A DNA stretch of 45,767 bases from Candidatus Hydrogenedentota bacterium (lineage in GTDB: Bacteria > Hydrogenedentota > Hydrogenedentia > Hydrogenedentales > JAEUWI01): the NCBI GenBank assembly GCA_034669905.1, contig JAXMOL010000058.1, positions 1-45,767 of the forward strand. The letters run 5' to 3'. The notes beneath the pieces were generated by a model, which worked only from the letters and a program-made list of their open reading frames with translations, did no database searches and was not told the origin of the DNA. Below are positions 8,581-20,200 of the stretch, piece by piece. The position numbers and the translations under genes were made by a program. How positions within the stretch are numbered: the first letter of the stretch is position 1; every line of letters begins with the position of its first letter.

Positions 8581-10044
8581 CTATTTCTTCTTGTCCGTCA
8601 AACCACGCACGTTGGAGGTAGAAAGCTGGACGGATTCATCCACGTATATCGCCTTCAGCGGGCCCCGCCTCCCATCTCGCACATGCAATGCCGCGTCCTC
8701 CAAACGGAGCCGCACCTCGGGGTAGAGGTGGTTACGCACAACGATCAGCGCCCGCTTTCGAATCGCCGACTCTGCGGCTATGTCTTCTTCCTCTTCAACC
8801 AAGCCCCCGATTGATTCATTCAACAGGCGCAATTGCTCCAGAAGCTTTCGGACCACCCCCTTCTTCTCCTCCGGGAGCGCGGCAATCTTGCCCCGTAGCG
8901 GTGCCAGGGCATCATTGATTCGCGCGATATTTCGCTGGGTCACTTCGATGCGGCTCCGGACGATTTGAAGTCGGCCTGCAAGACTGAAATCTTCACCGGC
9001 CGTCACTTCCGTGGGGGACATTGCCGAAGAGCCCAGTTGCCCCACATCCACGCCCTCCAGGGCCGTAATACTTCCCCCCACGATTCGGCCCCGCGGCACG
9101 CATACGCTGCCTCGCGCCAACACCCTGGATTGGACTATCTCGCGCCCCACCACCACATCTTCATCCGACTGCACATCCGCCTCGAAAATGAAGCGGGCAA
9201 GCACCCCGCCCAACGCAACGATATGGGAACCGACCGCCCCCGTTATCCCGCCGTGCACAATGAGCTTTCCACTCGTCTGAACGTGGGCCGACTCGACCAC
9301 CCCCAACACCTCGATATCTCCAACCGCTTCAAGCCGGGAGCCCACAAGCACATCCCCGTGGACAATGACGGCACCCGGATGGGAGATATCCCCGGTCTTT
9401 AAGCCCACGTCACCCTCCACTTCGAAGAGATCATCCACCGCCAGAATGCCATTCACGAATCGGATGCGCCCGTCTATCTCGCTGTAGTAACTCTGGGTAG
9501 ACTCATCCAGACAAACGTTATTCCCCAACCGAACTCGCCGACGCAGGGGCCTTCGCGCGCGAATGCGTGCCCCCAGAACGTCATGCCCCGACTCCCCCGG
9601 AATCGGCTCAATGACTCGGGCGAGAAGCTGGCCCTTCTTCACATTGCGTTGCCCCGCAAGCTGCCGAAAATTTACCTGGTCCGTATCTTCATCAATCACA
9701 AAATTCTTGTTAAAGAAATCCCCTCCCCACTCGATGCGCCCATCCACGGGGGGTATGGGCACCACCCCTTCCAAGACCCGGACCCCCTCCAATTGGGGAC
9801 TTCGCTCGGCGTGCGATCGAATCAACCGCAAGAGCCCGAACGCAACGGGCACATGCTCTACCCCGAAGGCTTTCAGCCGTTCTACAACCGCCTCTGCGAG
9901 GTCCTGCAAATCCCACATGGCGGAATCACAGTCCAGCAAGACCGCCATTTTGTCTTTGGTCACCCGAAGACGAAAAGACCCCGGCTCGAGATCCAGCGAC
10001 GCGTCCGTTTCCAACTGTCGCCCCCCCTTTTTCTCGGCGCACAT
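8581..10044 (-). CDS. FapA family (DUF342) protein
   Basis: G..PIPPVDG, VKKGQLLA..I.P.PG.SG.DVLG, V.GDVGLKTGDI, V.GDV..G, GRIVGG, C-terminal coiled coil. Start at MCAEKK is approximate. Confidence 0.88.
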   Translation of the reverse strand: MCAEKKGGRQLETDASLDLEPGSFRLRVTKDKMAVLLDCDSAMWDLQDLAEAVVERLKAFGVEHVPVAFGLLRLIRSHAERSPQLEGVRVLEGVVPIPPVDGRIEWGGDFFNKNFVIDEDTDQVNFRQLAGQRNVKKGQLLARVIEPIPGESGHDVLGARIRARRPLRRRVRLGNNVCLDESTQSYYSEIDGRIRFVNGILAVDDLFEVEGDVGLKTGDISHPGAVIVHGDVLVGSRLEAVGDIEVLGVVESAHVQTSGKLIVHGGITGAVGSHIVALGGVLARFIFEADVQSDEDVVVGREIVQSRVLARGSVCVPRGRIVGGSITALEGVDVGQLGSSAMSPTEVTAGEDFSLAGRLQIVRSRIEVTQRNIARINDALAPLRGKIAALPEEKKGVVRKLLEQLRLLNESIGGLVEEEEDIAAESAIRKRALIVVRNHLYPEVRLRLEDAALHVRDGRRGPLKAIYVDESVQLSTSNVRGLTDKKK

Positions 10045-10526
10045 ATCACTCACCTTTCCTGACGCACAAACTCGGAAGCCAATTGCTCCCGCCACAACAC
10101 CTCACCGCCTGCTGGAAAACATTGTAACATGCCCCGAGCATACTGTCGCCTATAATTCTCCCATTGTAAACACTTGACAGAGACACGCCAACATGTAACT
10201 AACCCGTTCCCCCAGCACAACGCAATAACAGCGCTCCTCTTCCACACCCGGACGAACCGTGTGGGCTGCCAAGGGGAAAATTGCGTCAAGACGACTCGGA
10301 CGGCCGGGTGAACACGGTATACAAACGCATCCCCACCAGCCGAAACGCGGTTACAGAATACGCCGTGCTCTGGAAACCCGGGAACCCCATTACCTCAGAA
10401 ACACAACTATACTTCCATGTTTCCCTGCAGAACCCTGACCACGAAAGCGCTACCGCCCGATACCCGCCTGTTGCACCAGGAACGTAGCGGACAGAAAACA
10501 ACAACACGAAAGGAAGGGAGCGGGCT

Positions 10527-10736
10527 ATGTCAGAGAAGGAGCCTCAACAGACCTACCGCATCACAATAGACGCGCCAACCAATCGGGTGTGGAAGGAGAT
10601 GACGAATACGGGCAAGATACTCAATCGCTTTTTCGGCAATCGTCTGGCCACGCCCGGGCACGAACAAGGCCAGTCGCTGACCTCCCGTCCTCCCAGGTCA
10701 AACGCGATGGTACCAACCGTGGCCAACGTGGGATAG
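10527..10736 (+). pseudogene. Truncated SRPBCC/AHSA1-like N-terminal fragment
   Basis: Strong RBS (GGAAGGGAG). YRITIDAP..RVW..MT resembles the start of SRPBCC domains, but the ORF is only 69 aa and ends inside a REP-like hairpin. Confidence 0.5.
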
Positions 10737-10750
10737 GCTTCCAGCCTGTC
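10728..10750 (+). repeat. REP-like element (GTGG + hairpin)
   Basis: GTGG-GATAGGCT-TCC-AGCCTGTC: tetranucleotide plus imperfect palindrome, the usual REP architecture. Confidence 0.6.
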
Positions 10751-10946
10751 ACATCCCTCGCCCGAGCCCTTGAGAAATCGTTGATACCCGCCTTGTGGGG
10801 GGGCGCGCGGCACGGTCGACCTTTCGGGTGCCTCCGTCTGGTAGTGCGTGTTCGGCCTGACGGTAACGCGCACACATTGTCGCGCTTTTCGCACGTCGGC
10901 TAAGCCCGCAGTACCCGCGTTTGGGCCCAGCCGTTGCCGCCCTTCC

Positions 10947-11954
10947 TTAGTCCAGGGTCAGCGCAAGCTCGCGAAGGTCGCAGAGCTGAACCGGATAGGG
11001 CGCTTTCGCACCATTGTGGAGGGCAAAGAATCCCTCGGGAAAGCGGTCTCCGAAATTCTGAAAGCGCACGTCGATGCCATCCGTGTCCGTAGCCCCTTCC
11101 ACCGCGAAGGTCTTGACGAACGTACAGGCTTCATCGAGGCGGTACACATAGTAGCAGTTGGCTCCCTGGCAGGAGGCCAGCAGGTAGGCGTTTCCGCCGT
11201 TGCCGTACAGAAGAGCCAGCCCTTCCACATCTGCCACGAGCCCGTGGGCGCCCATGGGCTGAACGAGGGTACCCGGTGACGGGTCCTCGGGTTCGGCGCC
11301 CACCCGCCAGATGCCCACTTTCTCCTCACCAATATAAAGGAGACCCGTTTTATCATCCGCCACGCACCCTTCGCTTTCCCCGATGGGCCAGCTCCGCACT
11401 TTCTCGCCGGATATCTTGCCCGATTCATTGGCAAAGAGGCGATACTGCTCCACGGAACCTCCCCCCGCCTCGGGCACGGTAATGCCGTAGAAGTCGCCCG
11501 ATTTCGGACTGCGATACAGGGCAAACCCATAATTCAGTCCCGTTGTGATGGCCCCATCGTCTACCCGTGAGAGGTGTCGGGTTTCGGGATCAACCGCATA
11601 AATGAGAATCGCCGCCCCATCCCGCTCATTAAAGGCCACGATGGAACAAGTCTTTTCCCCAAGCTGGAAACCATCGCGCAAATCGATGTTTCCCGGCTTT
11701 CCGGAGACCGGCACGGTCTGGACCAACGTACCTTCCAGGTCATAAACGAACAGCTTTCCCGCGGCTTTGTCTGACGTAATGACCGTGCTCCGTGCCGGGT
11801 CTTTGGGATGAACCCAAATACACATATCGTCTTGATCCTGGACAGCGGGATTCGTAAGGGTGAGTTTCGGGGGTACTGCCAAGGGGGCCGCCAGCACCGT
11901 GGGGCTAAGCACCAGCACAACCACAAACGATACAATTTTCAACACGCTATTCAA
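10947..11954 (-). CDS. Beta-propeller 3-phytase-like protein, secreted
   Basis: Signal peptide; DD..IWVHP.DP..S.VI..DK, GL.VYDL.G, GNIDLR, YG.ALY.S, SEGCVAD, LYIGEE.VGIW, DVEGL, DTDGIDV, FP.G. Confidence 0.9.
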   Translation of the reverse strand: MNSVLKIVSFVVVLVLSPTVLAAPLAVPPKLTLTNPAVQDQDDMCIWVHPKDPARSTVITSDKAAGKLFVYDLEGTLVQTVPVSGKPGNIDLRDGFQLGEKTCSIVAFNERDGAAILIYAVDPETRHLSRVDDGAITTGLNYGFALYRSPKSGDFYGITVPEAGGGSVEQYRLFANESGKISGEKVRSWPIGESEGCVADDKTGLLYIGEEKVGIWRVGAEPEDPSPGTLVQPMGAHGLVADVEGLALLYGNGGNAYLLASCQGANCYYVYRLDEACTFVKTFAVEGATDTDGIDVRFQNFGDRFPEGFFALHNGAKAPYPVQLCDLRELALTLD

Positions 11955-12066
11955 CGTTTTTCTCCCTCAATATTGCCGAAGTAACAAGCCCGTTATAGCA
12001 CAGGCGCGCCGCAGCACAAAACGCTTGCGGCGCACCCGAATGGTTAACGCAGATTAGGGTTGCCGA

Positions 12067-13149
12067 CTAGTCATCCCAAGAGGAATAGTTAAACCCAATC
12101 GCAGCTGCCAGGGTGCTGGTTGGAATGTGTCCGTCGTTGCTGTTGTATTTCGAAAACTCCACGTGACCATCCATAAAGAGGATATTGCAGCCACCGGGAA
12201 GGAGGTTGAAGGAGTCGGCACCTTGATCTTTATAGTAACCCGCAGGCGGTGTCACCAGGGGCCCCGTACCGATGTTATCCCACATGACCGGCACCTGGCT
12301 CTGCGCCTGGGCGGAACCACCCGGGTTGTTGATGTCGGTAATAAGGAAGCGTTCGATACCCTCACGAAGACGCATGATGGTATCGCCGCCGCCATTTCCC
12401 ACCACGTTGATGGAGATCCCCGTAAAGTCGCTCACGTGGGCGGCCACCTGTGCAGCGGGCCAGTCCCCCACGTCTATATCCGCATCGAGTGCGGCATAGA
12501 AGGACTCCAACGTCGTACCGAATCCATTGTCGAGCCAATCACCGATACCACCTTCCAGGTTCATCATGCCGTAGTCTTCCAGGCCCATGGCGATGGTAAT
12601 CATCGTGCCGTAGACGTCAATGTTTTCGGCCATCCAGGAGTAGTACACATAGCTGGCATCTTCGAAGGCCCCGGGAGCTATCGTGCCATACGCCGGGTGG
12701 CCCGTCGGCAAGTTGCCTTCGGCCCCTTCACACCAGGCACCCTGGGGGTTGGGACCATCACAGTTCAGGTATTCATCCGGGTTTTCACTGTCCGACGGAC
12801 AGAAGAGGATGTTGGCGTCGGTCATGTACTCGGGATAGATTTCCACACCGGCCGGCGTGTTCTGGGCATCCAAATCCCAATCCTGCCAGGGCACGCTGCC
12901 AGAGGGGTCGTCCCGGTATTCTTTCGCTTCCAGATTTTCCTGCAATCCGAGACGGGGCCAGATGTTGCCACGGGACTCGTTCCCATACATCTTGAATATA
13001 ATACCCATCTGTTTCAGGTTATTCTGACAACTCGCCCGACGGGCCGCTTCCCGTGCCCGGGCCAGAGCCGGCAGCAGGATGGCCGCGAGAATGCCGATAA
13101 TGGCGATAACTACCAAGAGCTCTATAAGGGTGAATCCACGCTTATTCAT
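12067..13149 (-). CDS. Prepilin-type N-terminal cleavage/methylation, DUF1559-family protein
   Basis: [50 protein letters not shown]-terminal [12 protein letters not shown]. Confidence 0.95.
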   Translation of the reverse strand: MNKRGFTLIELLVVIAIIGILAAILLPALARAREAARRASCQNNLKQMGIIFKMYGNESRGNIWPRLGLQENLEAKEYRDDPSGSVPWQDWDLDAQNTPAGVEIYPEYMTDANILFCPSDSENPDEYLNCDGPNPQGAWCEGAEGNLPTGHPAYGTIAPGAFEDASYVYYSWMAENIDVYGTMITIAMGLEDYGMMNLEGGIGDWLDNGFGTTLESFYAALDADIDVGDWPAAQVAAHVSDFTGISINVVGNGGGDTIMRLREGIERFLITDINNPGGSAQAQSQVPVMWDNIGTGPLVTPPAGYYKDQGADSFNLLPGGCNILFMDGHVEFSKYNSNDGHIPTSTLAAAIGFNYSSWDD

Positions 13150-13859
13150 CGCACATGTTCTCCGTTTGCTGGGTTACAGCGGCGGTGCACAACACACCAA
13201 TAATTCCACATTTTTACCATGATGAAATCCACGACCCACCGGCATGCAAAACGCGGCAATCGCTGTCCCATCACCACCAAGACAGCACAATGGTAGAACG
13301 GAAACATTTTTGCTTTATGAGAATTCGCTTAGAAACAATGGACATTCGATGAGTATTTCGTGAGCACGAAAAAGCTCATCAAGCTAACATTTTACACCCA
13401 CTGCACTTACCACCACACCATGACTTGCTCCGTTGAGTACGGTTCGCGGTCAGCGTACGAACTACCCAAATTTCATCCGGAGCCCCCCCTTCCAGATGTC
13501 CCTCCATGGCACTTCGCCCGGTTTCATGTTTCGCCTCTGCGCCACCAACGGTCAATCGCATTTCACGGCAAACAGCGAACGTTTACTTGCAATGTCCAAG
13601 TACTTGTGACACTGTAGTAATTGGAATGCAAAACTTTTACTGATAGGTAAGGGGAGGTCATGAACGACTCACAAAAGCCGGACCACTCACATCGCTCGCT
13701 AGAAAAAATCAGCCAATTGCGATACCTGGTGCACTGCTACCTCGCGAGTAGGGTCAGTGCTTACCCGGCCGTCGCAAATGTTTCCTTTGCGATCGTGCAT
13801 TTGGAGATTGGCGATGGCCGTGGTAGTATCCGTGGATGACTTTTTTGGGGGGGCGCCGA

Positions 13860-14912
13860 ATGAAAAACAAAGACTCGACAAAAAGCAACCCCAGCGAACT
13901 TAAAGACGAAAGCACACCGGATGAGCCGACTACCTGGCAGTTTGTCCGGCGCTGCTATCGGGCAAGCTGCGGGTGTGGCTATGTAGCGGCAATCGTTGCG
14001 CCTTATCCCCTTTCGGCCTGGGAAATCGGTGAAGCCAAGACTGTCGCGGTCGGCGTGTTCTTGCTGCCTCTCTTAGTTTTCAATCCCCATATCACGTTGT
14101 ACTTTTTATCCTGCGTGGCCATCTCTTCCCTCTGGGTGGTGCCCATCGCACTATGCACGCGACTGGACAAGGAAGCACGCTTGCTCGGAATTTGCACTCT
14201 CAGCGCGCTGGTATCCATTGGCCTTTTCATCTACCTCTCCGTGAGCTATCCATCCCGGCATTCCTCCGAGTCCATTCGCGCAACGTGCGGGGTGAATCTG
14301 AGTAGCACGGGCTTGGCCCTGTTGATGTATTCCCATGACGATGACAGGAGCCTGTATCCGGAGCTTTCCAACGTGCCCGGTACGCTGGCAGTCCGGGACG
14401 ACAAAACCTACCAGGGAATCTATCCAGACTATCTGGACCGGTTGGACTACCTGCAGTGTCCCGCAAAAACGCGTTGGCAAGAACTATTCAAACCCCTCCC
14501 TCCGACCAGCATTGCGGACGATCGCTGCTACTTTTATCTGGGGTTCCAGATTTCTGACCAGGAAACTCTGGAGCACTTTGCAGCGGCCTATCGCGCGGTG
14601 GTCAGCCAGGGCGGCACCTTCGATGGCAATCTCGTGATGGATGGAGCCCGAGGCACCCCCGTGACTATCCAGCGACTGGGTGACCGGTCCGAGTCTCCAC
14701 TGGAAAGCGTTTCAAGTATCCAGTCCGTTGGAGAGGCAGCTGCCAAAACTCCGGTCCTGATAGAACGCTACCCCAATGGGCACACTCTCGACGGCGGTAA
14801 TGTGCTCTACACGAACGGGCATGTGGCATGGATCCCTTGGGGCGAAAGATGGCCCATGACGGAAGAGGCAATGGCGATCTTGCTCGCGCTGGATGGGCTG
14901 GAAGGTTCTTAG
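13860..14912 (+). CDS. Membrane-anchored DUF1559-like protein lacking a prepilin leader
   Basis: Several N-terminal TM segments, then C..NL...GLALLMY, YP.L, IYPDYL, L.CP and H...GGNVLY.NGHV.W. Confidence 0.75.
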   Translation: MKNKDSTKSNPSELKDESTPDEPTTWQFVRRCYRASCGCGYVAAIVAPYPLSAWEIGEAKTVAVGVFLLPLLVFNPHITLYFLSCVAISSLWVVPIALCTRLDKEARLLGICTLSALVSIGLFIYLSVSYPSRHSSESIRATCGVNLSSTGLALLMYSHDDDRSLYPELSNVPGTLAVRDDKTYQGIYPDYLDRLDYLQCPAKTRWQELFKPLPPTSIADDRCYFYLGFQISDQETLEHFAAAYRAVVSQGGTFDGNLVMDGARGTPVTIQRLGDRSESPLESVSSIQSVGEAAAKTPVLIERYPNGHTLDGGNVLYTNGHVAWIPWGERWPMTEEAMAILLALDGLEGS

Positions 14913-15010
14913 CGCGTCACGTATCGGGGTTGCCGATTCTTGTCCTCCGAGAACCCGTCCAGAAATCCTTACCCAAGGATAATTCGCCCCACCTCGACCG
15001 CGCTGTTATC

Positions 15011-15061
15011 CTTTGCGTCTTTGCGTGAGATTCCTATTATTTGGCACGCAAAGGCGCGAAG
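15011..15061. repeat. Imperfect inverted repeat (REP-like)
   Basis: CTTTGCGTCTTTGCGTG ... CACGCAAAGGCGCGAAG. Confidence 0.55.
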
Positions 15062-15159
15062 CCGCCAAGATTCGTAAACCCAGGCAGTACGTGGAAGGTT
15101 GGAAAAACGTGACCCACACCAACACCAGAGCTCCCCCCCATAGCCCCAAGCCCATGCAA

Positions 15160-15190
15160 TTGGCCTTCTTACGCCGTCCAATGCTATCAT
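15160..15190 (+). promoter_or_regulatory. Possible sigma70-type promoter for the pfa operon
   Basis: Extended -10 TGcTATCAT at 15182-15190, weak TTGGCC at 15160. A short palindrome TTCAG-N5-CTGAA lies just downstream. Confidence 0.3.
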
Positions 15191-15370
15191 AAGGGACTTT
15201 TCAGAATTCCTGAATCGAGTGCCTGAAACGTAGTATTTCTCGTCCTGGCGCGCCCCAAAAACCGGGCCCTATGGGATACCCCAAGGCCGGGACCCTCAAC
15301 TCCCGTAACACACGTCAAATCAAGTAGTTATGCCACACCCAAGGTGCGGCCCACTTGCAGGAAACGCGGC

Positions 15371-17029
15371 ATGCCCTTGCTTAGCCCCGACAAATCAATC
15401 GAGAGGCCCTTGGCCGGTACGGCATGGGGATGCGTCCCGGGCGACGCCCCCGCCCTCCCCCTCGACAGCCCCGAATTCGCCGATCTGCTCCGGGAATCTG
15501 CCACGCCCTTCAGCGTCTTTCAACAGTCCGATGGGGCCCTTGCGGCTACCCTTGCACTCCCGGATCCCTCGGCCAATGAGCATGGATTCCCCGTCGTAGC
15601 GCTCGGTCTCCCCTGTCACGCAGGCCAACTCGGTGACGCGACCTTCCGCCGCGATCATGGCGTAAAATTCGCCTACTATGGCGGGGCCATGGCCAATGGC
15701 ATCGCCTCCGAGGAACTCGTGGAAGCCCTCGCCAAGGAAGGCCTCCTCGGCATCTTTGGCGCGGCAGGCCTCTCGTTGGAACGGGTAAAACAGGCCCTCG
15801 ATCGGCTGCAAAAGAATCTCGGCGACACGCCCTTCGGCGTCAACCTCATTCACAGTCCCAACGAGCAGGCCCTGGAAGGGGCCGTGGCCTCGTTACTCAT
15901 TGAGCGCGGGGTTCACCTCGTCGAGGCGTCGGCCTACCTCGATCTCACCCCCGCCATCGTGAAATACCGCGTCCATGGCATCCACGAAAGCAGCGACGGC
16001 AAGGTCGTGGTCCCCAATCGGGTCATCGCCAAGGTGTCCCGCGTGGAAGTGGCCGAAAAGTTCCTTTCGCCACCGCCTGCCCGCTTCCTGGAGCAGCTCG
16101 TGGCCAGCGGCGACCTCACGGAAGCGCAGGCCGAATTGGCTCTGCGTATTCCCATGGCCGATGACATTACGGCCGAAGCAGACTCCGGCGGCCATACGGA
16201 CAACCGCCCCGCCATCGCCTTGCTCCCGACCCTCATTGCCCTGCGTAACCGGATGCAGGCGAAGTTCAACTATCCCACGGCACCCCGCGTTGGTCTGGCC
16301 GGTGGCATCTCGACCCCCGCCTCCGCCGCGGCCGCCTTCGCCATGGGGGCCGCCTACATCGTAACCGGTTCGGTGAACCAGGCCTGTGTGGAAAGTGGCT
16401 CGTCGGATATGGTGCGCCAGATGCTCGCCGAAGCGGGACAGGCCGACACGGCCATGGCCCCTGCTGCCGATATGTTTGAAATGGGCGTCGATGTCCAGGT
16501 GCTCAAGCGGGGCACCATGTTCAGCATGCGGGGCGCGCGCCTCTTCGAACTCTACCGCCTCCACAAGAGCATTGACGAGATTCCCGCGGACGAACGGGCC
16601 AAGTTGGAGAAGCAACTCTTCCGCGCCCCCCTGACCCAAATCTGGGAAGAGACCAAGGCCTTTTTCCAAGAGCGGGACCCCAAGCAGATTGTCCGCGCCG
16701 AGCAAGACCCCAAACACAAAATGGCATTAATTTTCCGCTCCTACCTCGGCCAGGCGTCCATCTGGGCCAACCGGGGTATCGCCGATCGCAAGATTGATTA
16801 CCAGGTCTGGTGCGGTCCGGCCATGGGCGCCTTCAACGAATGGGTGCGCGGCACCTTCCTCGAAGCCCCCGAACGGCGCGAAGTCGCCCTCGTCGCCCTG
16901 AATATTCTGCACGGCGCGGCGGTAGTTACCCGAAGCACAATCCTTTCCAGCCAGGGCATCGCGGTGCCCCCGGCCTGTAGTTCGTATCTTCCCCTGGAAC
17001 GTCCCCAATTGGAGGAATACATCCAGTGA
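15371..17029 (+). CDS. pfaD: PUFA synthase enoyl reductase (PfaD family, FMN-dependent)
   Basis: GAMANGIAS, GVNLIHSP, IAKVSRVEVA, AEADSGGHTDNRP, APAADMFEMGV.VQVLKRGTMF, YQVWCGPAMGAFN. Start ATG 15371 (or GTG 15344). Confidence 0.95.
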   Translation: MPLLSPDKSIERPLAGTAWGCVPGDAPALPLDSPEFADLLRESATPFSVFQQSDGALAATLALPDPSANEHGFPVVALGLPCHAGQLGDATFRRDHGVKFAYYGGAMANGIASEELVEALAKEGLLGIFGAAGLSLERVKQALDRLQKNLGDTPFGVNLIHSPNEQALEGAVASLLIERGVHLVEASAYLDLTPAIVKYRVHGIHESSDGKVVVPNRVIAKVSRVEVAEKFLSPPPARFLEQLVASGDLTEAQAELALRIPMADDITAEADSGGHTDNRPAIALLPTLIALRNRMQAKFNYPTAPRVGLAGGISTPASAAAAFAMGAAYIVTGSVNQACVESGSSDMVRQMLAEAGQADTAMAPAADMFEMGVDVQVLKRGTMFSMRGARLFELYRLHKSIDEIPADERAKLEKQLFRAPLTQIWEETKAFFQERDPKQIVRAEQDPKHKMALIFRSYLGQASIWANRGIADRKIDYQVWCGPAMGAFNEWVRGTFLEAPERREVALVALNILHGAAVVTRSTILSSQGIAVPPACSSYLPLERPQLEEYIQ

Positions 17030-17065
17030 GTCAATCCGACATGAATTTCACCCTTAAGACAGGAT

Positions 17066-17149
17066 CGTCATCCCCGCGAAAGCGGGGATCCAGCGGTGCA
17101 TCGCTGTCCCACCGCCGCGTTCTGGATTCCCACTTGCGTGGGAATGACG
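17066..17149. repeat. Palindromic REP/RPE-type element between pfaD and pfaA
   Basis: CGTCATCCCCGCGAAAGCGGGGATCCAG ... CTGGATTCCCACTTGCGTGGGAATGACG: two inverted arms, each itself a hairpin. Confidence 0.8.
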
Positions 17150-17201
17150 CAACACGTTTCTGTTTCTCGGTGAATGTTTTGGACAGTGAGGTACCAATCC
17201 A

Positions 17202-20200
17202 ATGAACACTCCTGCTGATATCGCCATTGTGGGCATGGGGTGTCTCTTCCCCAAGGCCAACCACCTGGGTGCCTATTGGGCCAATATCAAACACGGCATT
17301 GACGCCATCATCGAAACGCCCGAGACCCATTGGCGTCCCGAAGACTACTATGACGCCGACCCGAAGCGTCCCGACTTCACCTATGGCAAGCGGGGCGGCT
17401 TCCTCGAACCCATCGACTTTAATCCCCTCGAATATGGCATGCCGCCCAACGCCCTGGAAGCCACCGACACGGCCCAGCTCCTCGGTATGGTGGCGGCGGA
17501 CCGTGCCCTGCGGGATGCGGGCTATGGCCCTGAAGCCGACTTCGACCGTGACCGCGTCAGTGTCGTCGTGGGTGTTACCGGTGCCTTGGAATTGGTTATC
17601 CCCCTCGGCGCGCGGCTCGGCCACCCCAAGTGGCGGCAGGCCCTCGAGGATGCCGGCCTCGACCAGGCCATCATCGACGACGTGTTGGAGCGCATGGCCG
17701 AGCAGTATGTCCCCTGGCAGGAAGCCTCCTTCCCGGGCCTTCTTGGCAACGTCGTGGCAGGGCGCATCACCAAGCACCTGAATCTCGGCGGCACCAATTG
17801 TGTCGTGGACGCCGCGTGCGCCAGTTCATTAAGTGCCGTGCACCTGGCCATGCTCGAATTGCAGGCCGGCAAGAGTGACCTCGTCATCAGTGGTGGCGTG
17901 GACACCTTCAACGACATTTTCATGTTCATGTGTTTCAGCAAGACCCCGGCCCTCTCCCCCACGGGCAATGCCAAACCCTTCGACGCGAGCGGCGATGGCA
18001 CCATCCTGGGCGAAGGCCTGGGCATGGTGGCCCTGAAACGGCTGAGCGATGCCGAGCGCGACGGTGACCGGGTCTATGCGGTTATCAAGGGCATTGGTTC
18101 TTCCAGCGACGGCAAGGGCGATGCGATTTATGCCCCCAGCGCCAAGGGCCAGGTAAAGGCCCTCAAGCGGGCCTACGAACAGGCCCAGATCGATCCGCTG
18201 AGTATCGAACTCGTGGAAGCCCACGGCACCGGAACCGCCAAAGGGGACGCCGTCGAAGTCAGTGCCCTGACGGAAGTCTATGGCAGCGCGAAAAACGGCC
18301 CGTGGTGTGCCATCGGTTCGGTCAAGTCCCAGATCGGCCACACCAAAGCGGCGGCGGGCTCTGCCGCCCTCATCAAGGCGACCCTCGCCCTCTACAACAA
18401 GGTCTTGCCCCCGACCATCAAAGTTACCGAACCCCTCGGTCCCTTGAAGGCGGAGGATTCCGCTTTTTATCCCAACACCAAATTGCGGCCCTGGCTCCCC
18501 CGGGAAGCCCACCCACGCCGTGCGGCCATAAGTGCTCTCGGCTTTGGGGGCAGTAATTTCCACGCGGTACTCGAAGAGCACGGCGCAGTGAAAGCCGCCC
18601 CCGACTGGTCGGGCACAGTAGAAATCCTAAGTTTTTCTGCCGATTCTCCCCAGGCCCTGGCGACGGCGCTGGCCGACTTCCCCGCTTCTGAGCGGTGGAG
18701 TACGATTCAGTTGGCCGCCGCCGAGCTGCGCGAAGGCTTCAACGGAAAGGCCCCCTGCCGCCTCGCGGTGGTGGCCGAGCAAAACGCCGATCTGGCCAAG
18801 CTTTTCGGTCAGGCCACCAGTACCCTCAAATCCAAGGCCCAGGAAAAATCCTGGAGCCTACCCACGGGCGTCTATTACGCCAGCGGCGAAACGCCGGGCA
18901 AACTGGCCTTTGTCTTTCCCGGCCAGGGCACCCAATATGTGGGCATGCTGAACGAACTTGCGTGTCAGTTTCCCGAGTTTCTCGACGTGCTGGAAAACGC
19001 CGACGCGGTCTATGATGGCGCGCCCCGTTTAAGTGATTTAATCTACCCCCAGCCCGCTTTCGATGGCGAAACAGAAGCACGCCAGCAGCAAGAACTCACC
19101 GCCACGCCCGTCGCGCCATCGGCCATCGGCGCCGTGAGCGCAGCCGCCCTGAAGGTGATTAAGGGCTTTGGGCTCCAGGCCGACGCCCTCGCAGGCCATA
19201 GTTACGGCGAAATCGTAGGCCTCTACGCCGCCGGCAAGGTAAACGAAGCAGACTTTCATCAGCTGTCCAAACTTCGCGGCGCTCTTATGGGTCAGGGCGA
19301 AGGGGACAAGGGCTCCATGATGGCTGTCCGCGCCGAAGAAGGCCCGGTCGAAGCGCTCATCGCCGAAGCCCAACTCAACGTGGTCATTGCCAACAAAAAT
19401 GCTCCCGAGCAAATGGTCCTGTCTGGCGGCACGGATGCCATCGCCCATGCGAATACCGTTTTTGCCGAAAAAGGTATCCAGACGAAGATTCTCCCCGTCG
19501 CGGCCGCCTTCCACAGTGAATACGTGTCCCACGTGCGGGAGCCCTTCCTGGAAGCCCTGCAAGGCATGACGCTGGAAGCCGGCGACGTAACCCTTTATTC
19601 CAATACGACGGCCACCCCCTACCCGACTGATTTGGACGCGGTACGTCCGCTGGTGGCCGAACAACTGGCCAAGCCCGTTTCTTTTGTGGCTCAGATTCAG
19701 CAGATGTACAGCGACGGCATCCGCACTTTCCTGGAGATTGGTCCGGGTTCCCGCATGTCGGGCCTGGTGGACGCCATCCTGGGGGACCAACCGCACCACG
19801 CGGTGGCCATCGACGGCTCCAACGGCAAACGGGGCGGTATCCTTGACCTGGCCCGTGCCCTTGCTGAAGTGGCGGTACTCGGACATGACGTTACCCTCAC
19901 CGCCTGGAATGCCAATGCCCCAATTGACCCCGAAGCCCTGAAACCCAAGGCCAAGTTGATGGTTCCCATTTGTGGTGCCAACCATGTCACCCCCCGGCCG
20001 CACAAGCCCAAGACCGCGCCCCGCACGGCGGTAGTGACCCACGCCAACACGAACCCCACACCGGTACCGATGCAAAAAAACACGACACCCCCTACACCCC
20101 CGACCCTTGCCCCTACGCCCTCTCCGGCACCTTCCGCGCCCACACCGGTGGTCGCGACCGGAGCTGCCCAGATTGCCCAGGAACATCTTCTCGCGCTCCA

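Noticed and set aside
10151..10201. TATAAT and TTGACA hexamers as a promoter
   Set aside because: TATAAT lies upstream of TTGACA on the same strand, and no good -10 follows TTGACA at 17 bp. Too weak to call.
7366..10950. Genomic island integrated at tRNA-Ser
   Set aside because: No integrase is present, and I found no duplicated tRNA 3' end (attR) in the window.
13150..13859. Possible ncRNA or riboswitch in the long AT-richer intergenic region
   Set aside because: No recognisable conserved RNA motif by eye; most simply a divergent promoter region. An Rfam/Infernal scan would settle it.
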